This document shows positions 29,182 to 39,339 of a stretch of DNA of 64,000 bases, piece after piece. Made by a program: the position numbers and the translations under genes. This stretch comes from an uncultured bacterium (GTDB lineage Bacteria > Oederibacteriota > JAAXVQ01 > JAUVAV01). Under the pieces are notes generated by a model, which was not told where the DNA came from, did not search any database, and saw only the letters and a program-made list of their open reading frames with translations. Every line of letters starts with the position of its first letter. Within the stretch, counting starts at the first letter, position 1. The stretch is taken from positions 369,872 to 433,871 of the forward strand of contig CAVQBK010000013.1 in the NCBI GenBank assembly GCA_963710755.1. The letters run 5' to 3'.

Positions 29182-30048
29182 TTAACACAAAATAATGCCC
29201 CATCCATCTGGTCCCAGATGAGCCCCCACCACCGCTCCTATCCGGGCGCTTTGGAGGCGGTCAGCCAACCCGGTTTCCTTGAGCAACGGCAGAATGGCTG
29301 TTTCCAATTTATCATGATAGGATTTGACCCCAGCATAAATCAGCGCAATACCCTGTTGAATACCATGCTCGGCGATATGAGTTTTGGTCGTGCTTATCAT
29401 GGCTTTGAGGGCGGCCTCGGTGGACAACACTTTGCCTAATACCTCAATTTCCCCGGTGGCTCCGGCCATGGTCAGCAGAGGTTTAATACCCAGTAGTTTC
29501 CCCATCAGGGCCTGCGCCTTGCCGATTCGGCCTCCCTGGTGAAGGGCATCCAGGCTATCCACGGAAAATAGAATTTTGACCAGCGGTCGCCGGGCCCGTA
29601 CTTGTTCCACCACGGTGGTAAAGGAAGCGCCACCATCCACCAGATCCTGCGCATAGGCCACCAGTAAGCCCAGCCCCAGACTGACGTAACAGGAATCTAT
29701 TACCTCCACAGTCATACCGGAAACCATGGCCGATGCCTGACGGGCAGCCTGCAGCGTGCCCGACATTTTTTGGGAGATGTGGAGACTGAGTACGTGCGTG
29801 TACCCTTGAGTTTTGAGCATCTGATAATGTTTCAGAAAACGTCCCACCGGAGGCTGGGAGGTGGTGGGGTGATTAAGGGAGGTACTCAGTTTTTCATAAA
29901 ACTGAGAGGTGCTTAAATCAATGCCATCCAGGTATTCTTCGTCGCCGAAGAAAACGCTTAGAGGAACCATTTCAATATGGCGTTGACGCAAATAGTCGAG
30001 ACTTAAGTCACAAGTGCTGTCAGTAAGCACCGCAATTTTTTCGGCCAT
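29182..30048 (-). CDS. DegV-family fatty-acid-binding protein.
   Basis: 'MAEKIAVLTDSTCDLSLDYL...' is the DegV signature; the gene lies 20 nt downstream of the DAK2 gene, the typical yloV-degV pair. Confidence 0.85.
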   Translation of the reverse strand: MAEKIAVLTDSTCDLSLDYLRQRHIEMVPLSVFFGDEEYLDGIDLSTSQFYEKLSTSLNHPTTSQPPVGRFLKHYQMLKTQGYTHVLSLHISQKMSGTLQAARQASAMVSGMTVEVIDSCYVSLGLGLLVAYAQDLVDGGASFTTVVEQVRARRPLVKILFSVDSLDALHQGGRIGKAQALMGKLLGIKPLLTMAGATGEIEVLGKVLSTEAALKAMISTTKTHIAEHGIQQGIALIYAGVKSYHDKLETAILPLLKETGLADRLQSARIGAVVGAHLGPDGWGIILC

Positions 30049-30068
30049 GCCTGCTCCTTAGTGCTCGT

Positions 30069-31058
30069 TTATTCCGGTTTAAACTGGTGGTGATGTTGTT
30101 TCTCCATGTCATCCACCTTTTTCCAGGTAATCATGCCCAACTGGGCGGCAGCTTGCAAAATCAGGGTGGCATCTTGGGCATGAATGTGGATTTTAAAAAC
30201 GCCTTCCTCCCCTTGGGCCACCATCAGTTCTTCGCCCAGTGGCGCCAAATGGGATTTAATCTCGCGCAAGCCCCGGCCTGGTGCATGCAGTACCAATTCC
30301 GTGCAGTATTTAAAAGAGCTGAGGTGAAAGGCCTGGCGCGTTTGTTTGGCAGGACGTGGTTCCGGTGCCTCTGCGGCAGGTGGTTTTTCCAAGGATTGAC
30401 CTTGACTGAAACGCACCATACCTTCCAGGAATACGGCCAGTCCCATCCCCCCGGCATCCACCACTTCATGCAGTTTCAAGAGTCGCATTTGCTCAGGCGT
30501 CCGTTTCAGTGCCTGTTGCGCGCCTTCCCAGGCCGCCTGCAGCACCTCTTGGTGTCCCCGTTTTTTTTGAGCTGCGGTCAACGCTGCCAAGGCGGCAGCT
30601 TCACCAACACTTAAAATCGTGCCCTCTTGCGGATCTTCCACCCGTTCCCGGGCCCGCAATGTTCCGACCTGAAACGCCCGCGCCAAATCCAAAGGACTTA
30701 AAAAGGAGCGGTCGCCCACGCCTTCAGCAAAGCCTCTGAAAAAACCAGAGAGAATCATACCGGAACAGCCTCGCCCACCCATTAAGGCGCCCCGGGCCGC
30801 AGCCCAGGCGATATCAGAAGCTTGGTTGCTATTGATACTTTCCAATTCATGAACCGCAGCTTTCAGGGTATGGATCATATTTTTTCCTGTATCCCCATCG
30901 GGTACTGGAAAAACATTCATGCTGTCAATAGTGGCTTTAAAGTGCGAGAACCAGGTCATACCTGCCAGCAGGGCTTGTTTGACCCGCCGCCCAGTCAGTC
31001 TCAGCTGAGGGGTCGGCGGGTGCCCAGGCTTGCTTGGCTTGTGTTGCGATATGGTCAT
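30069..31058 (-). CDS. DAK2-domain protein (YloV-like). The start is probably Met63 of the track ORF, whose N-terminal extension is Pro-rich and unlikely to be real.
   Basis: 'NVFPVPDGDTGKNM' is the DAK2 hallmark; alternative upstream ATGs lie at 31103 and 31244. Confidence 0.75.
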   Translation of the reverse strand: MTISQHKPSKPGHPPTPQLRLTGRRVKQALLAGMTWFSHFKATIDSMNVFPVPDGDTGKNMIHTLKAAVHELESINSNQASDIAWAAARGALMGGRGCSGMILSGFFRGFAEGVGDRSFLSPLDLARAFQVGTLRARERVEDPQEGTILSVGEAAALAALTAAQKKRGHQEVLQAAWEGAQQALKRTPEQMRLLKLHEVVDAGGMGLAVFLEGMVRFSQGQSLEKPPAAEAPEPRPAKQTRQAFHLSSFKYCTELVLHAPGRGLREIKSHLAPLGEELMVAQGEEGVFKIHIHAQDATLILQAAAQLGMITWKKVDDMEKQHHHQFKPE

Positions 31059-31331
31059 TGCTTTTTGTTTTCTCCCCTTGTCATGGCACACCGCTACCGG
31101 CATGGCCCAACCACCGGCAGATCCTGCCCTTGCCGGAGCTGGAGACGAGTGCACAGGTATTGCCACAGCCTGCCAAGCCGTACTGTCCTGGATTGTACAA
31201 TTCACAACGCTTGTTATTACTATGCTCTCGCTTCCTCCCCGCATTAAAATGCAGAGATGAAGCGAGGTTAAATAAAATAATAGTCTTGCTTTTGCATAAA
31301 ATACTCCGCAATTCCTGGCGGTAAATTTTAT

Positions 31332-31490
31332 TTATTGCTTTTCAAAACTATCTTTGGTGGCCCCGCATTCTGGGCAGACATAGTCGGCGGGTAAACTTTC
31401 AAAGGAAGTACCCGGCTCGATTCCGTTATCCGGTTCCCCGGCTTCCGGATCATATACATACCCACATACAGTGCAAACATATTTGTCCAT
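31332..31490 (-). CDS. rub: Rubredoxin, 52 aa; too small to appear in the ORF track.
   Basis: Hand translation gives [52 protein letters not shown] with two CxxCG knuckles; a GGAG RBS precedes the ATG. Confidence 0.9.
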   Translation of the reverse strand: MDKYVCTVCGYVYDPEAGEPDNGIEPGTSFESLPADYVCPECGATKDSFEKQ

Positions 31491-31588
31491 AGTGATTTTT
31501 TCTCCTTTTCTTAATTTTAAAAAGCTTCAGCCTCTGAGACTGTGCTAGCCCATAATTAATCTTTGCCAGTTCGCCTTACGCTGACCGC

Positions 31589-32413
31589 TTATTTCCCCTT
31601 CAAGTTAATCAGCGGCACGCTGTCACCGCCGCCCAGCATGGTCTGCGGTAATTTGCCGTCCCATTTTTTAATCCATTCCACCGCCACAATGTCCTTGGTC
31701 AGTTGCAGACGGATCAACCGTTGCTTTTCGGCTTCAGCCTGCGCTTCCAAAATCACTTGTTGTTTGTGTTGCTCAGCCTGGCGTTTTTTATATTCGGCCG
31801 TCTTGATTTTTTGTTCTTCGATCTGCTTTTGCTCTACCACCCGGTTGAACTCTGGAGAGAAGGTAATATCCGTTAAATTGACATCCTCCACGTCAATGCC
31901 GTAAGGCTTTAGTTTTTCCGCCAGGCTGTCGGTGATGATTTTTTTCAGTTTGGGCCGTTCTACAATAATGCTTTCTACCGGGAACAGTGCTGTGCCTGCC
32001 TTTACGGCTTCCTGGATGGCCGGGTCGATGATCTTGCGTTCATAATCCACGCCCACTTGCTGATACAACCGGGATACTTGCTTGCCGTCCAGGTGATAGT
32101 TTACCACGGTCCTGAGGTTCACTTCCTGCAGATCTTTGGAAGCACCTTGGCTTACACGTTCCAATTTTTTGGTTTTAATGTCAAATTTAACCACGTTTTC
32201 AATGGCAGGCAGCTTAAAATTCATACCTTCCATCAAGACCTGATGACGTACCCCGCTGATGCGGGAAAAAATCACACCCCGTTCGCCCGCTCCAATGATA
32301 ACAATAGGATTGAGAACAAAAAAGAGGATAATAATAAGCCCCGCCACGACCAAGCCGCCCAGTCCCTTCAAAGAGTCTTTGTTAAAAGATTTCTTCAATT
32401 CGTATTCTTCCAT
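31589..32413 (-). CDS. SPFH/band-7 (prohibitin/HflC-like) membrane protein.
   Basis: N-terminal TM followed by '...GERGVIFSRISGV...' SPFH domain and a coiled-coil tail. Confidence 0.8.
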   Translation of the reverse strand: MEEYELKKSFNKDSLKGLGGLVVAGLIIILFFVLNPIVIIGAGERGVIFSRISGVRHQVLMEGMNFKLPAIENVVKFDIKTKKLERVSQGASKDLQEVNLRTVVNYHLDGKQVSRLYQQVGVDYERKIIDPAIQEAVKAGTALFPVESIIVERPKLKKIITDSLAEKLKPYGIDVEDVNLTDITFSPEFNRVVEQKQIEEQKIKTAEYKKRQAEQHKQQVILEAQAEAEKQRLIRLQLTKDIVAVEWIKKWDGKLPQTMLGGGDSVPLINLKGK

Positions 32414-32671
32414 ACCGCCTCCAATTCAGGTTCTATTGAATGGTCATCTTACCATATCAGGCCGTTTAGTCAATTTGTTCGGGGGCTTTTTTTATTTGTT
32501 TTTTAAGGACTGTTGAAATCAAGCAGCATATGAATTCATTGAGGAGACGGTAAATGCCCTATCCCAGACATAGCCTAGCGCGTGGGCGATCATTTCACTT
32601 CTATCTTGGTGCCACCTCTCCGCTTTAGCACTGGCTATTTGCATACCCGAAAATATTTTGTGAACTACTGG

Positions 32672-32715
32672 AAACAAAAAAGCCGGGCTTTCCATCAAAT
32701 CGGAAAGCCCGGCTT
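32672..32715 (-). terminator. Rho-independent terminator downstream of the CBM6 gene.
   Basis: Stem 32680..32693 (AAGCCGGGCTTTCC) pairs with 32702..32715 across an 8-nt loop. The minus-strand RNA reads stem-loop followed by UUUUUUGUUUC (A-run 32676..32681 on the plus strand). Confidence 0.75.
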
Positions 32716-32830
32716 GGCTTCTTGCCCGCCCCACTATTGAATTGCATGTTTCAGTCCATGTTTACATTTCTTAAAATGCGGCCTAAGCGGCAACCCGAAA
32801 CGTGGCAAGCCAGAAAAACCGGCTGCCGTC

Positions 32831-34261
32831 TTAAGGGGTCTTGACAAAACGGATGTCATCTATATAAACCGTGCTGTGAACCGGCATAAGCCTGTCAAAC
32901 CAGGGTGCCGGATAAGAATCAAGGCCGGCACGAAACAACACTTTAAATTCTTTCACTGAACTTTTATCTTGGGGCAGCGGCAGGTAGTACTCCGTCCAGA
33001 CATGGGGCATACTCCCGTACCATTTGGCCACAGGCACCGCAGTGTAATCCCAATGCCCATAGCGATAGAAGTAGCCATGATCACCGTGGCTATCCCGTAT
33101 TTCAAACTCAATCCAGGGTAGATCGCCCGCGGAATAGGCTCTGAATTTGATGCCCTGATAAGCGCTGGCATCAAAGTCTTGCCCGCCATTAACCTGAACC
33201 CAGACCCCACACCATCCATCCCTCCCGTAAGCCTGAAAGCTTGTCACCAACCCCCGGTTATACCTGGAAAAAGTAATGGAAGAAGATCCGCCGTTCATCA
33301 CGCCCGCCGCGGCCTTGGAATTAAAAATATCATAGCTGTCGGGAACGGAAAATTGAAACCAATTGATATTAAAAAGTCCGCCGCCGCCACCCCTAAAAAT
33401 CAAGTAGACGGGATGGAGCCCCTGCATGTTAACCACACTCGTTTCCATGGTAGCCCAGTTTTGCCAGCCACCGGTGGACGAAACCGTCAAGGTTCCGATT
33501 ACCGGCCCGCTCTGGCTGTCCAGATGGATTTCAATAGTCCCTCCTCCGCCATCGCTGGCCACACGTGCCTGAAACGCCAGCACACCGCTGCCAAAATCAA
33601 CCTGGTCAAAAACAAGGTAGTTCCCATTGTTGATCCAGCCAATGTCCTGGCCACCTTCACGGCATACTTCGGTTTCCGTGCCGGATTTAAAGCTGAAGCC
33701 TTCGGCTTCAATACGGGAAAACGCGCTGATAACGGTGGGAGAAAGGGAGTAAAACTTAAACCAATTGATATTGAACAACCCGCCCGTGCCGCCTTTGAAA
33801 ACCAGATAAACATGTTGAAACCCATAGGTTTTTTGAATGTTGGTCTCCACTGTGGTCCAAAGCTGCCAGCCTCCGGTGTTGACAATAGCCACGGAACCGA
33901 TGAGGGTTCCGCTGGTTGGGTTGCCCAGCCGAATTTCGATCGTGCCGCCGGCCGTGTCGCTGGCCACGCGCGCGCGAAAAACATCGGCCCCGTTCCCAAA
34001 GTTGATCTCGTACCCGAGCCAATCGCCGTTATCTATCCAACCAACGTCCTGTCCGCCTTCAGCGCAGGCTTCGGTTTGCGTACCCGAGTTATGACCAAAA
34101 TTCTCGGCCTCAATAACCGCATTCACCGAGCTCGATTGGACACTCCTGATTGAAGAATTATGAGATTGATAGCCTGGTCTGGGAGCGGTCGGATTTTGGC
34201 CGCATGAGACCAGCAACATGGCACCTAGAGCAATGACGAGTATTTTGCTTTTTAAGATCAC
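32831..34261 (-). CDS. Secreted lipoprotein with two tandem CBM6/CBM35-like carbohydrate-binding modules and a C-terminal domain of unknown function.
   Basis: Lipobox 'LLVSCG'; duplicated modules 'IEAENFGHNSGTQTEACAEGGQDVGWIDNGDWLGYEINFG...GGTIEIRLG' and 'IEAEGFSFKSGTETEVCREGGQDIGWINNGNYLVFDQVDFG...GGTIEIHLD'. Confidence 0.75.
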   Translation of the reverse strand: MILKSKILVIALGAMLLVSCGQNPTAPRPGYQSHNSSIRSVQSSSVNAVIEAENFGHNSGTQTEACAEGGQDVGWIDNGDWLGYEINFGNGADVFRARVASDTAGGTIEIRLGNPTSGTLIGSVAIVNTGGWQLWTTVETNIQKTYGFQHVYLVFKGGTGGLFNINWFKFYSLSPTVISAFSRIEAEGFSFKSGTETEVCREGGQDIGWINNGNYLVFDQVDFGSGVLAFQARVASDGGGGTIEIHLDSQSGPVIGTLTVSSTGGWQNWATMETSVVNMQGLHPVYLIFRGGGGGLFNINWFQFSVPDSYDIFNSKAAAGVMNGGSSSITFSRYNRGLVTSFQAYGRDGWCGVWVQVNGGQDFDASAYQGIKFRAYSAGDLPWIEFEIRDSHGDHGYFYRYGHWDYTAVPVAKWYGSMPHVWTEYYLPLPQDKSSVKEFKVLFRAGLDSYPAPWFDRLMPVHSTVYIDDIRFVKTP

Positions 34262-34503
34262 AAGTTTCTCCTTTGGCCCTTTGGGGCTACGGTGGCTGTG
34301 GGTTGCGCCAATTGATTTTACCTCTCGCCTTTTTCACCAGCGAAACACCCTTGACGTCCTAACAATTAGACTGGTTAGACTGATTCGAATTTACATGGTG
34401 AAGACATTTTAATTCACCCGGCAGCAAGGTTTCATTTTTAAGTTTTTCTTAAAATGGGACTCTGCACTTATCTCGCCTATATTGGAATGCCGTCGCCGGA
34501 CTT

Positions 34504-37230
34504 TCACTTCCCGCTATCCCCGGGCAAGGCCGGGCCGGCCACAGAAATCAGCCACTCCTGAGGATGAAGATAGCGTTGCGCAGCCTGCACCATATCCTTA
34601 TAAGTCACAGCTTCAACGCTCTTGGGATAGGTGGTGAGGTAATCCCAGCCCAAATGATAATAGGCAATCTCGCGGTTGAGAAAAGCCAAGCCGTTGTTGG
34701 TTTCCAGGTGGATCACAAGCTGACCGGCCAGTTGGCTTTGGCTGTCTTGCAATTGCTGTTTGGATAATTTCGCCTCCTGCAGCTGCTTCACTTCTTCCTT
34801 GGTTAGGGCAATGGCCTGATCCACGCTTTTGGGGTCGGATTGGAACACCACCACCCAGGGCCGCTGGCCTTTGGATATTTTTAAGTAGGAATAGATGCCA
34901 TAGCTAAGACCATGCTGATCACGCACGACCCGCATAAGCTGGCTGGACAAGCCTGCCCCGCCCAGCACCTGGTTGGCCACCAAAAGGTTATAATAGTCCG
35001 GATCAAGCCGGCTGAGGCCTTCCTGCCCCAGTACGGCCATGCTTTCATGCTTGCCCTCCATGATTGTCAAATGACGTTCGGTTTTAGTCACTTTGGCCAT
35101 ATTAATCTCAGCCGTGGGCTGCGCCGAACCCCGCTTCCAAGTTGAAAACAACTTTCTGGTCAAAGTCTTAACCACTTCCGGATCAAAGGCCCCGCTGATA
35201 GAAATAATGGTCCGTTCCGGTGTGATCATACGCCGGTGATAGGCCAGGAGGTCGTTTCGCGTAATCCCGGGAAGACCGGCGGCCGCGGTCAGGATGGAGC
35301 GCCGCATGGGATGACCCGCTGGATAAGCCAGATCATAAAACCCCTGCCATGCCTGCAGATTGGCGTTGTCCTCGGCCAACCGGCATTGGGCCAATAACTT
35401 TTCCCGAGCTTTGCTTAGTTCCTGCTTGGGAAAGACGGGAGCCATCAGACAATCAGCCAACGAGGTCATGAGCAACTTCAAATCGTCCGACAAGGCTTCG
35501 CCGTCAATATTCAAATATTCCAGTTGCGCCTGAAAGGTAAGGTCTGCGCCTTTGAATTCCAGCGCCTCGGCTAATTGATCGGCGCTCTGGCGGCTGGTAC
35601 CCTTGGTAAGCATACGGCTGTGCAACAGGGCCAGCCCAGGTTTGTCGGCCGGCTCGTTGATCATGCCGGCATCCACCAGGCCCGAGATGACCAGCATGGG
35701 ATTGCTGGGATTAACCTGCATGATGATGGTCAGGCCATTGGGCAGCACTAACTGTTTGCGCAGCGCGGTTTCGATAAACGCCGGATGACTTTGGGGTTGG
35801 CCACCCTGGCTCGCTCCGGGTATCCCTGTATCGCGAAGGCTGTTTTGAAGAGGGCGCTGATAATGTTCCACCACACCGGCGTCGGGCAACACCGTACCTG
35901 CCCCGGCCGTAGGGGTGAGGGGAATAAACTTGCCCATGGTCATAGTCGCCTGGGTCAGATAGGTTTGGGCTGCAGATTGAATTTGGGCCCGGGTCACTGC
36001 GGCCACTTTTTCGGGATAGGTATCAGCCCGCTCATAGTCACCAGCCACGGTTTCATAAAAGCCCAGCATCATGGCCTGGTCGGTCAGGCTGTCTTTGGCA
36101 TACACGAATTGGGCCTTGGTCTTGTTGACCACCCGCTGAAATTCTTCTTTTGTCAGCAGGCTTGTTTTGATTTTTTCAAATTCACTGAACAAGACTTTCT
36201 CAATGGCCTCCAGTGATGTTGGCGGCGTGGCCACCACGGAAAAAGACCAAACACCTTTGTCCACCATCTCCAGAGGATTGGCGGATACATTGCTGGCCAT
36301 GCCTGTCTCCACCAAGGCCTTGTACAGCCGCGAGGTATGACCTGTGACCAGCGCCTCGTTGAGCAAGGTCAGGGCATAATGGGCATCACTGGTGGCAGGA
36401 GGAATTTTAAAATTAAAGCGCAACATCTTGGCCGGGCCGTTGTCATGCATCTCCAGCCGGACGTTCTGTGCATCCAGTTCTTCGAGAAACGTCATGGCCG
36501 GCGGTTGAGGTCCCCGGGGAATGGGCCCGAAATATTGTTTGATTTGTTTGAGCACGCTGTTCTTGGTCACATCCCCCACAATAACCAAGGTGGCGTTGTT
36601 GGGTTGATAAAAGTGATCATAAAAAGCTTTTAATTGGGCGGCGGTCAACTTGGCCACTTCATTTTTCCAACCGATTACCGGCCGCCGGTAAGGGTGGTTT
36701 TCCCAGGTATGGGCATTGACCAATTCGCGCAGCCGCACCTGAGGATGGTTGCGATTGCCGTCCAACTCGGAAAGAATAACGGTTTTTTCCGAGGCCACTT
36801 CTTTAACCTCAAGCAAGGCATGTCGCATGCGGTCTGATTCAATGTCCAGTGCCAAATTCAGCGCTGATTTGGGAACGGTTTCATAATAAGCGGTGTAGTC
36901 ATAACTGGTGAAGGCGTTTTGCTGGCCACCGGTACGGCCCACCAGACGGGCGATCTCGCCTTTGCCGAATTTCTTGCTACCCTTGAACATCATGTGCTCC
37001 AGAAAGTGAGCCAGTCCCGACTGTCCGGCCGGTTCATTACGGGCGCCAACTTTGTACCACACAAAAACCGAGACCACCGGTGCGGTGGGTACCGGTTTGA
37101 TGATTACTTTCAATCCGTTTTTCAGGGTCAATGATTCAATAGTATTTTGCATGGCCGCCTCGCTTTTAGTTGAACTTATGATCAGGGCCAGCACAAAGGC
37201 CATGATCAAGGTTATGATTTTTTTCATCAA
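34504..37230 (-). CDS. Secreted M16-family (pitrilysin/insulinase-like) zinc peptidase, tandem two-unit form.
   Basis: Signal peptide; inverted zinc motif 'HFLEHMMFKG' (HxxEH); 908 aa, consistent with a duplicated M16/M16C arrangement. Confidence 0.85.
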   Translation of the reverse strand: MMKKIITLIMAFVLALIISSTKSEAAMQNTIESLTLKNGLKVIIKPVPTAPVVSVFVWYKVGARNEPAGQSGLAHFLEHMMFKGSKKFGKGEIARLVGRTGGQQNAFTSYDYTAYYETVPKSALNLALDIESDRMRHALLEVKEVASEKTVILSELDGNRNHPQVRLRELVNAHTWENHPYRRPVIGWKNEVAKLTAAQLKAFYDHFYQPNNATLVIVGDVTKNSVLKQIKQYFGPIPRGPQPPAMTFLEELDAQNVRLEMHDNGPAKMLRFNFKIPPATSDAHYALTLLNEALVTGHTSRLYKALVETGMASNVSANPLEMVDKGVWSFSVVATPPTSLEAIEKVLFSEFEKIKTSLLTKEEFQRVVNKTKAQFVYAKDSLTDQAMMLGFYETVAGDYERADTYPEKVAAVTRAQIQSAAQTYLTQATMTMGKFIPLTPTAGAGTVLPDAGVVEHYQRPLQNSLRDTGIPGASQGGQPQSHPAFIETALRKQLVLPNGLTIIMQVNPSNPMLVISGLVDAGMINEPADKPGLALLHSRMLTKGTSRQSADQLAEALEFKGADLTFQAQLEYLNIDGEALSDDLKLLMTSLADCLMAPVFPKQELSKAREKLLAQCRLAEDNANLQAWQGFYDLAYPAGHPMRRSILTAAAGLPGITRNDLLAYHRRMITPERTIISISGAFDPEVVKTLTRKLFSTWKRGSAQPTAEINMAKVTKTERHLTIMEGKHESMAVLGQEGLSRLDPDYYNLLVANQVLGGAGLSSQLMRVVRDQHGLSYGIYSYLKISKGQRPWVVVFQSDPKSVDQAIALTKEEVKQLQEAKLSKQQLQDSQSQLAGQLVIHLETNNGLAFLNREIAYYHLGWDYLTTYPKSVEAVTYKDMVQAAQRYLHPQEWLISVAGPALPGDSGK

Positions 37231-37364
37231 TTTTCTCCTAATTGTAGTGATATCTCAGCTTTCCAGGAAAGAACAGAAACAGCCTCGTTGTCCCTATTTA
37301 GCTTCTTTATCCCCGGTATCTACGTTTTTCGGGTAGATACGGGGCTTTCCCTCCAACCCTGGTT

Positions 37365-37392
37365 GCAGAGAACGGTCGCGACTGTTCCCTGC
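37365..37392. repeat. Diverged copy of the palindromic element (GCAGAGAACGGTCGCGACTGTTCCCTGC) downstream of the PHP gene; a likely terminator hairpin.
   Basis: It shares the AACGGTCGCGAC core and GTTCCCT arm with 21190..21219; one A-C mismatch and one G-U pair in the stem. Confidence 0.6.
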
Positions 37393-37488
37393 AAACGAAA
37401 AGAAGGATACAAAAAGCCGCAGAGCTACGCGGCCATGCTTTATTTCCGGCTTTGCATAAGCCATAGCCTTTATTTCAGGCTCTCCGGC

Positions 37489-38811
37489 TCAGGAAATGAG
37501 GTTAAGCTGAGGCGCTGAAAGCGTTCTCTTTTGAGCGCCGTTTTTTTCCTGGTCGGTAAATAAGCCTATCTTCCCGTAAACCCCATCATACCCGGGTTGA
37601 GCTTGCACCTGGCCCTGGCGCACCCGCTGCACGGCCTCGCGAATGCGGCTGCTGCTCAAAGCTTCAATGTCATTTAAAGGCGTGCGAATCAGCAATTCCA
37701 ATTCACCGAGGTCATGGTCCAGCATGCGGTCCAATTGCAATTGGACTGCTTTGGACGCCGGCCGTTTGCCCATGGCTTCTGCGATTACTTCATCCAAAGG
37801 CACAAGATGCACACTGGGTAATGCAGCCTTAGGCCGATAACCTTCCGGACGATCGGCCAGCATTTCCAGGCGTGAGGCCACACCATTGGTCAGCGGGCGG
37901 TGGCAAACGGGACAGAGTCCTTCCAATTTCAAAAAATCAGCCGGTGAAACGGGCATCTTGCAGTTACTATGGCCGGGCCAATGGTACTTGCCTTCCTCCG
38001 GAAAAAATTCCACGGTGAACCGAAGCGTTGACTTGGCTTTTTCCCGCAAACTCATGCGCAATTTTTCCCAGGTCAAGGGATGGCTGAAAGCATTGCATTC
38101 CCTGCCCACCTTGGCCGGCGAATGAGCATCGGAATTGGAGATAATGGTATAAGGATCAAGCTGGGATAAACGCCAATTCATTTCCGGATCTGACGACAAC
38201 CCGGTTTCAATGGCGCTGATCATGTCCAGCTCCTCTTCAAAACATTCCTCCAAACTGTCAAAGCCCGATTTTTCGCCCAGCACGGAAAACCAAGGGGTCC
38301 AGATGTGGGCTGGAACCATAAGGGTGTGATCATCAATATCGCGCACTAAGCGTACCAAGCCTTTTGCCGGCAAGCCCAGAATAGGACGACCGTCGGAAGC
38401 AATATTACCGCGCCGCGCCAGGGCGCGGTTGATTTCCTGGGCGCTTTCCAGAGAGCGTGCAATGGTGAGCATGTGTACCCGTCTGGTCTTGCCGCTTTGT
38501 TTATAAATATGTGAGGTCTCCACGGTAGGCACAAACAAGACACTGTCATCATAGCCGCGCACCTGGTAAAACCCGCTGGCATGAGGCTCCAGGTGGTCTT
38601 TTAATTCCTGAAAGTATTGGGGATGAGTAAAGTCACCGGTTCCCATGAGGCCTATGCCTTTGCGTTTGGCCCAATAATGCAGCGAGACGACGTCCATTTG
38701 CGGTGAGGTGGCCCGGGAATATTTGGAGTGAATGTGAAGATCCGCGAAGACCAGTTTTTCCCGGCCCAGCGCCAAGTCTTTAACGCAACCATAACGGTTC
38801 ATTATTGTCAT
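37489..38811 (-). CDS. PHP-domain metal-dependent phosphoesterase (TIGR00375-like).
   Basis: 'FADLHIHSKYSRATS' is the PHP N-terminal His motif; 440 aa. Confidence 0.7.
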   Translation of the reverse strand: MTIMNRYGCVKDLALGREKLVFADLHIHSKYSRATSPQMDVVSLHYWAKRKGIGLMGTGDFTHPQYFQELKDHLEPHASGFYQVRGYDDSVLFVPTVETSHIYKQSGKTRRVHMLTIARSLESAQEINRALARRGNIASDGRPILGLPAKGLVRLVRDIDDHTLMVPAHIWTPWFSVLGEKSGFDSLEECFEEELDMISAIETGLSSDPEMNWRLSQLDPYTIISNSDAHSPAKVGRECNAFSHPLTWEKLRMSLREKAKSTLRFTVEFFPEEGKYHWPGHSNCKMPVSPADFLKLEGLCPVCHRPLTNGVASRLEMLADRPEGYRPKAALPSVHLVPLDEVIAEAMGKRPASKAVQLQLDRMLDHDLGELELLIRTPLNDIEALSSSRIREAVQRVRQGQVQAQPGYDGVYGKIGLFTDQEKNGAQKRTLSAPQLNLIS

Positions 38812-38846
38812 AAGAGCAAACCAAAACTTTCCTCTTCACCAATAGC

Positions 38847-39281
38847 TTAATTGACTGACGATTGCTGAAGATAGGGTTGATAGATTTTTTTATACCACAG
38901 GATGATGGCCTTGGCGATGGCGAAAAAACCGGCTGCCCCGTAGGCGATGACTACGATCAAGGTGGAAATTTGAGCTATTTTAAAACTCATTTCGTTGCTG
39001 ATAAATTTAAAGAAATATTTCTTTAACAGGGGCATGAGCCACCACGACCATAGCAGGATCCAGGTCCAACCGCCCCACAGATACCCAAAGAAGCGTTTGA
39101 GCAAGGACGTGGGCGCATCGGGCAGCTTACCTACGCCCAACAGGTAGTACATGCCTTTGGCGCTGCCTTTCAGCCAGTCCACAAACGCGGTCCGCCATAC
39201 CAGCACGACCATCACGGCCAGATACAACCAGATCAATATGGAAATCCCGTAATAGAATCCATCCCAAAAGGACATGATCAA
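38847..39281 (-). CDS. Polytopic membrane protein, function unknown.
   Basis: 144 aa, Trp-rich hydrophobic helices. Confidence 0.5.
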   Translation of the reverse strand: MIMSFWDGFYYGISILIWLYLAVMVVLVWRTAFVDWLKGSAKGMYYLLGVGKLPDAPTSLLKRFFGYLWGGWTWILLWSWWLMPLLKKYFFKFISNEMSFKIAQISTLIVVIAYGAAGFFAIAKAIILWYKKIYQPYLQQSSVN

Positions 39282-39339
39282 ACTCCTTATTTAAAATCAC
39301 CGCAACTGTTTTGTGAAGAGACGCCCACTATGGACCACG

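Noticed and set aside
33179-34153. Plus-strand 324-aa ORF
   Set aside because: It is antisense to the CBM6 lipoprotein gene; the duplicated Gly-rich stretches mirror the coding repeats.
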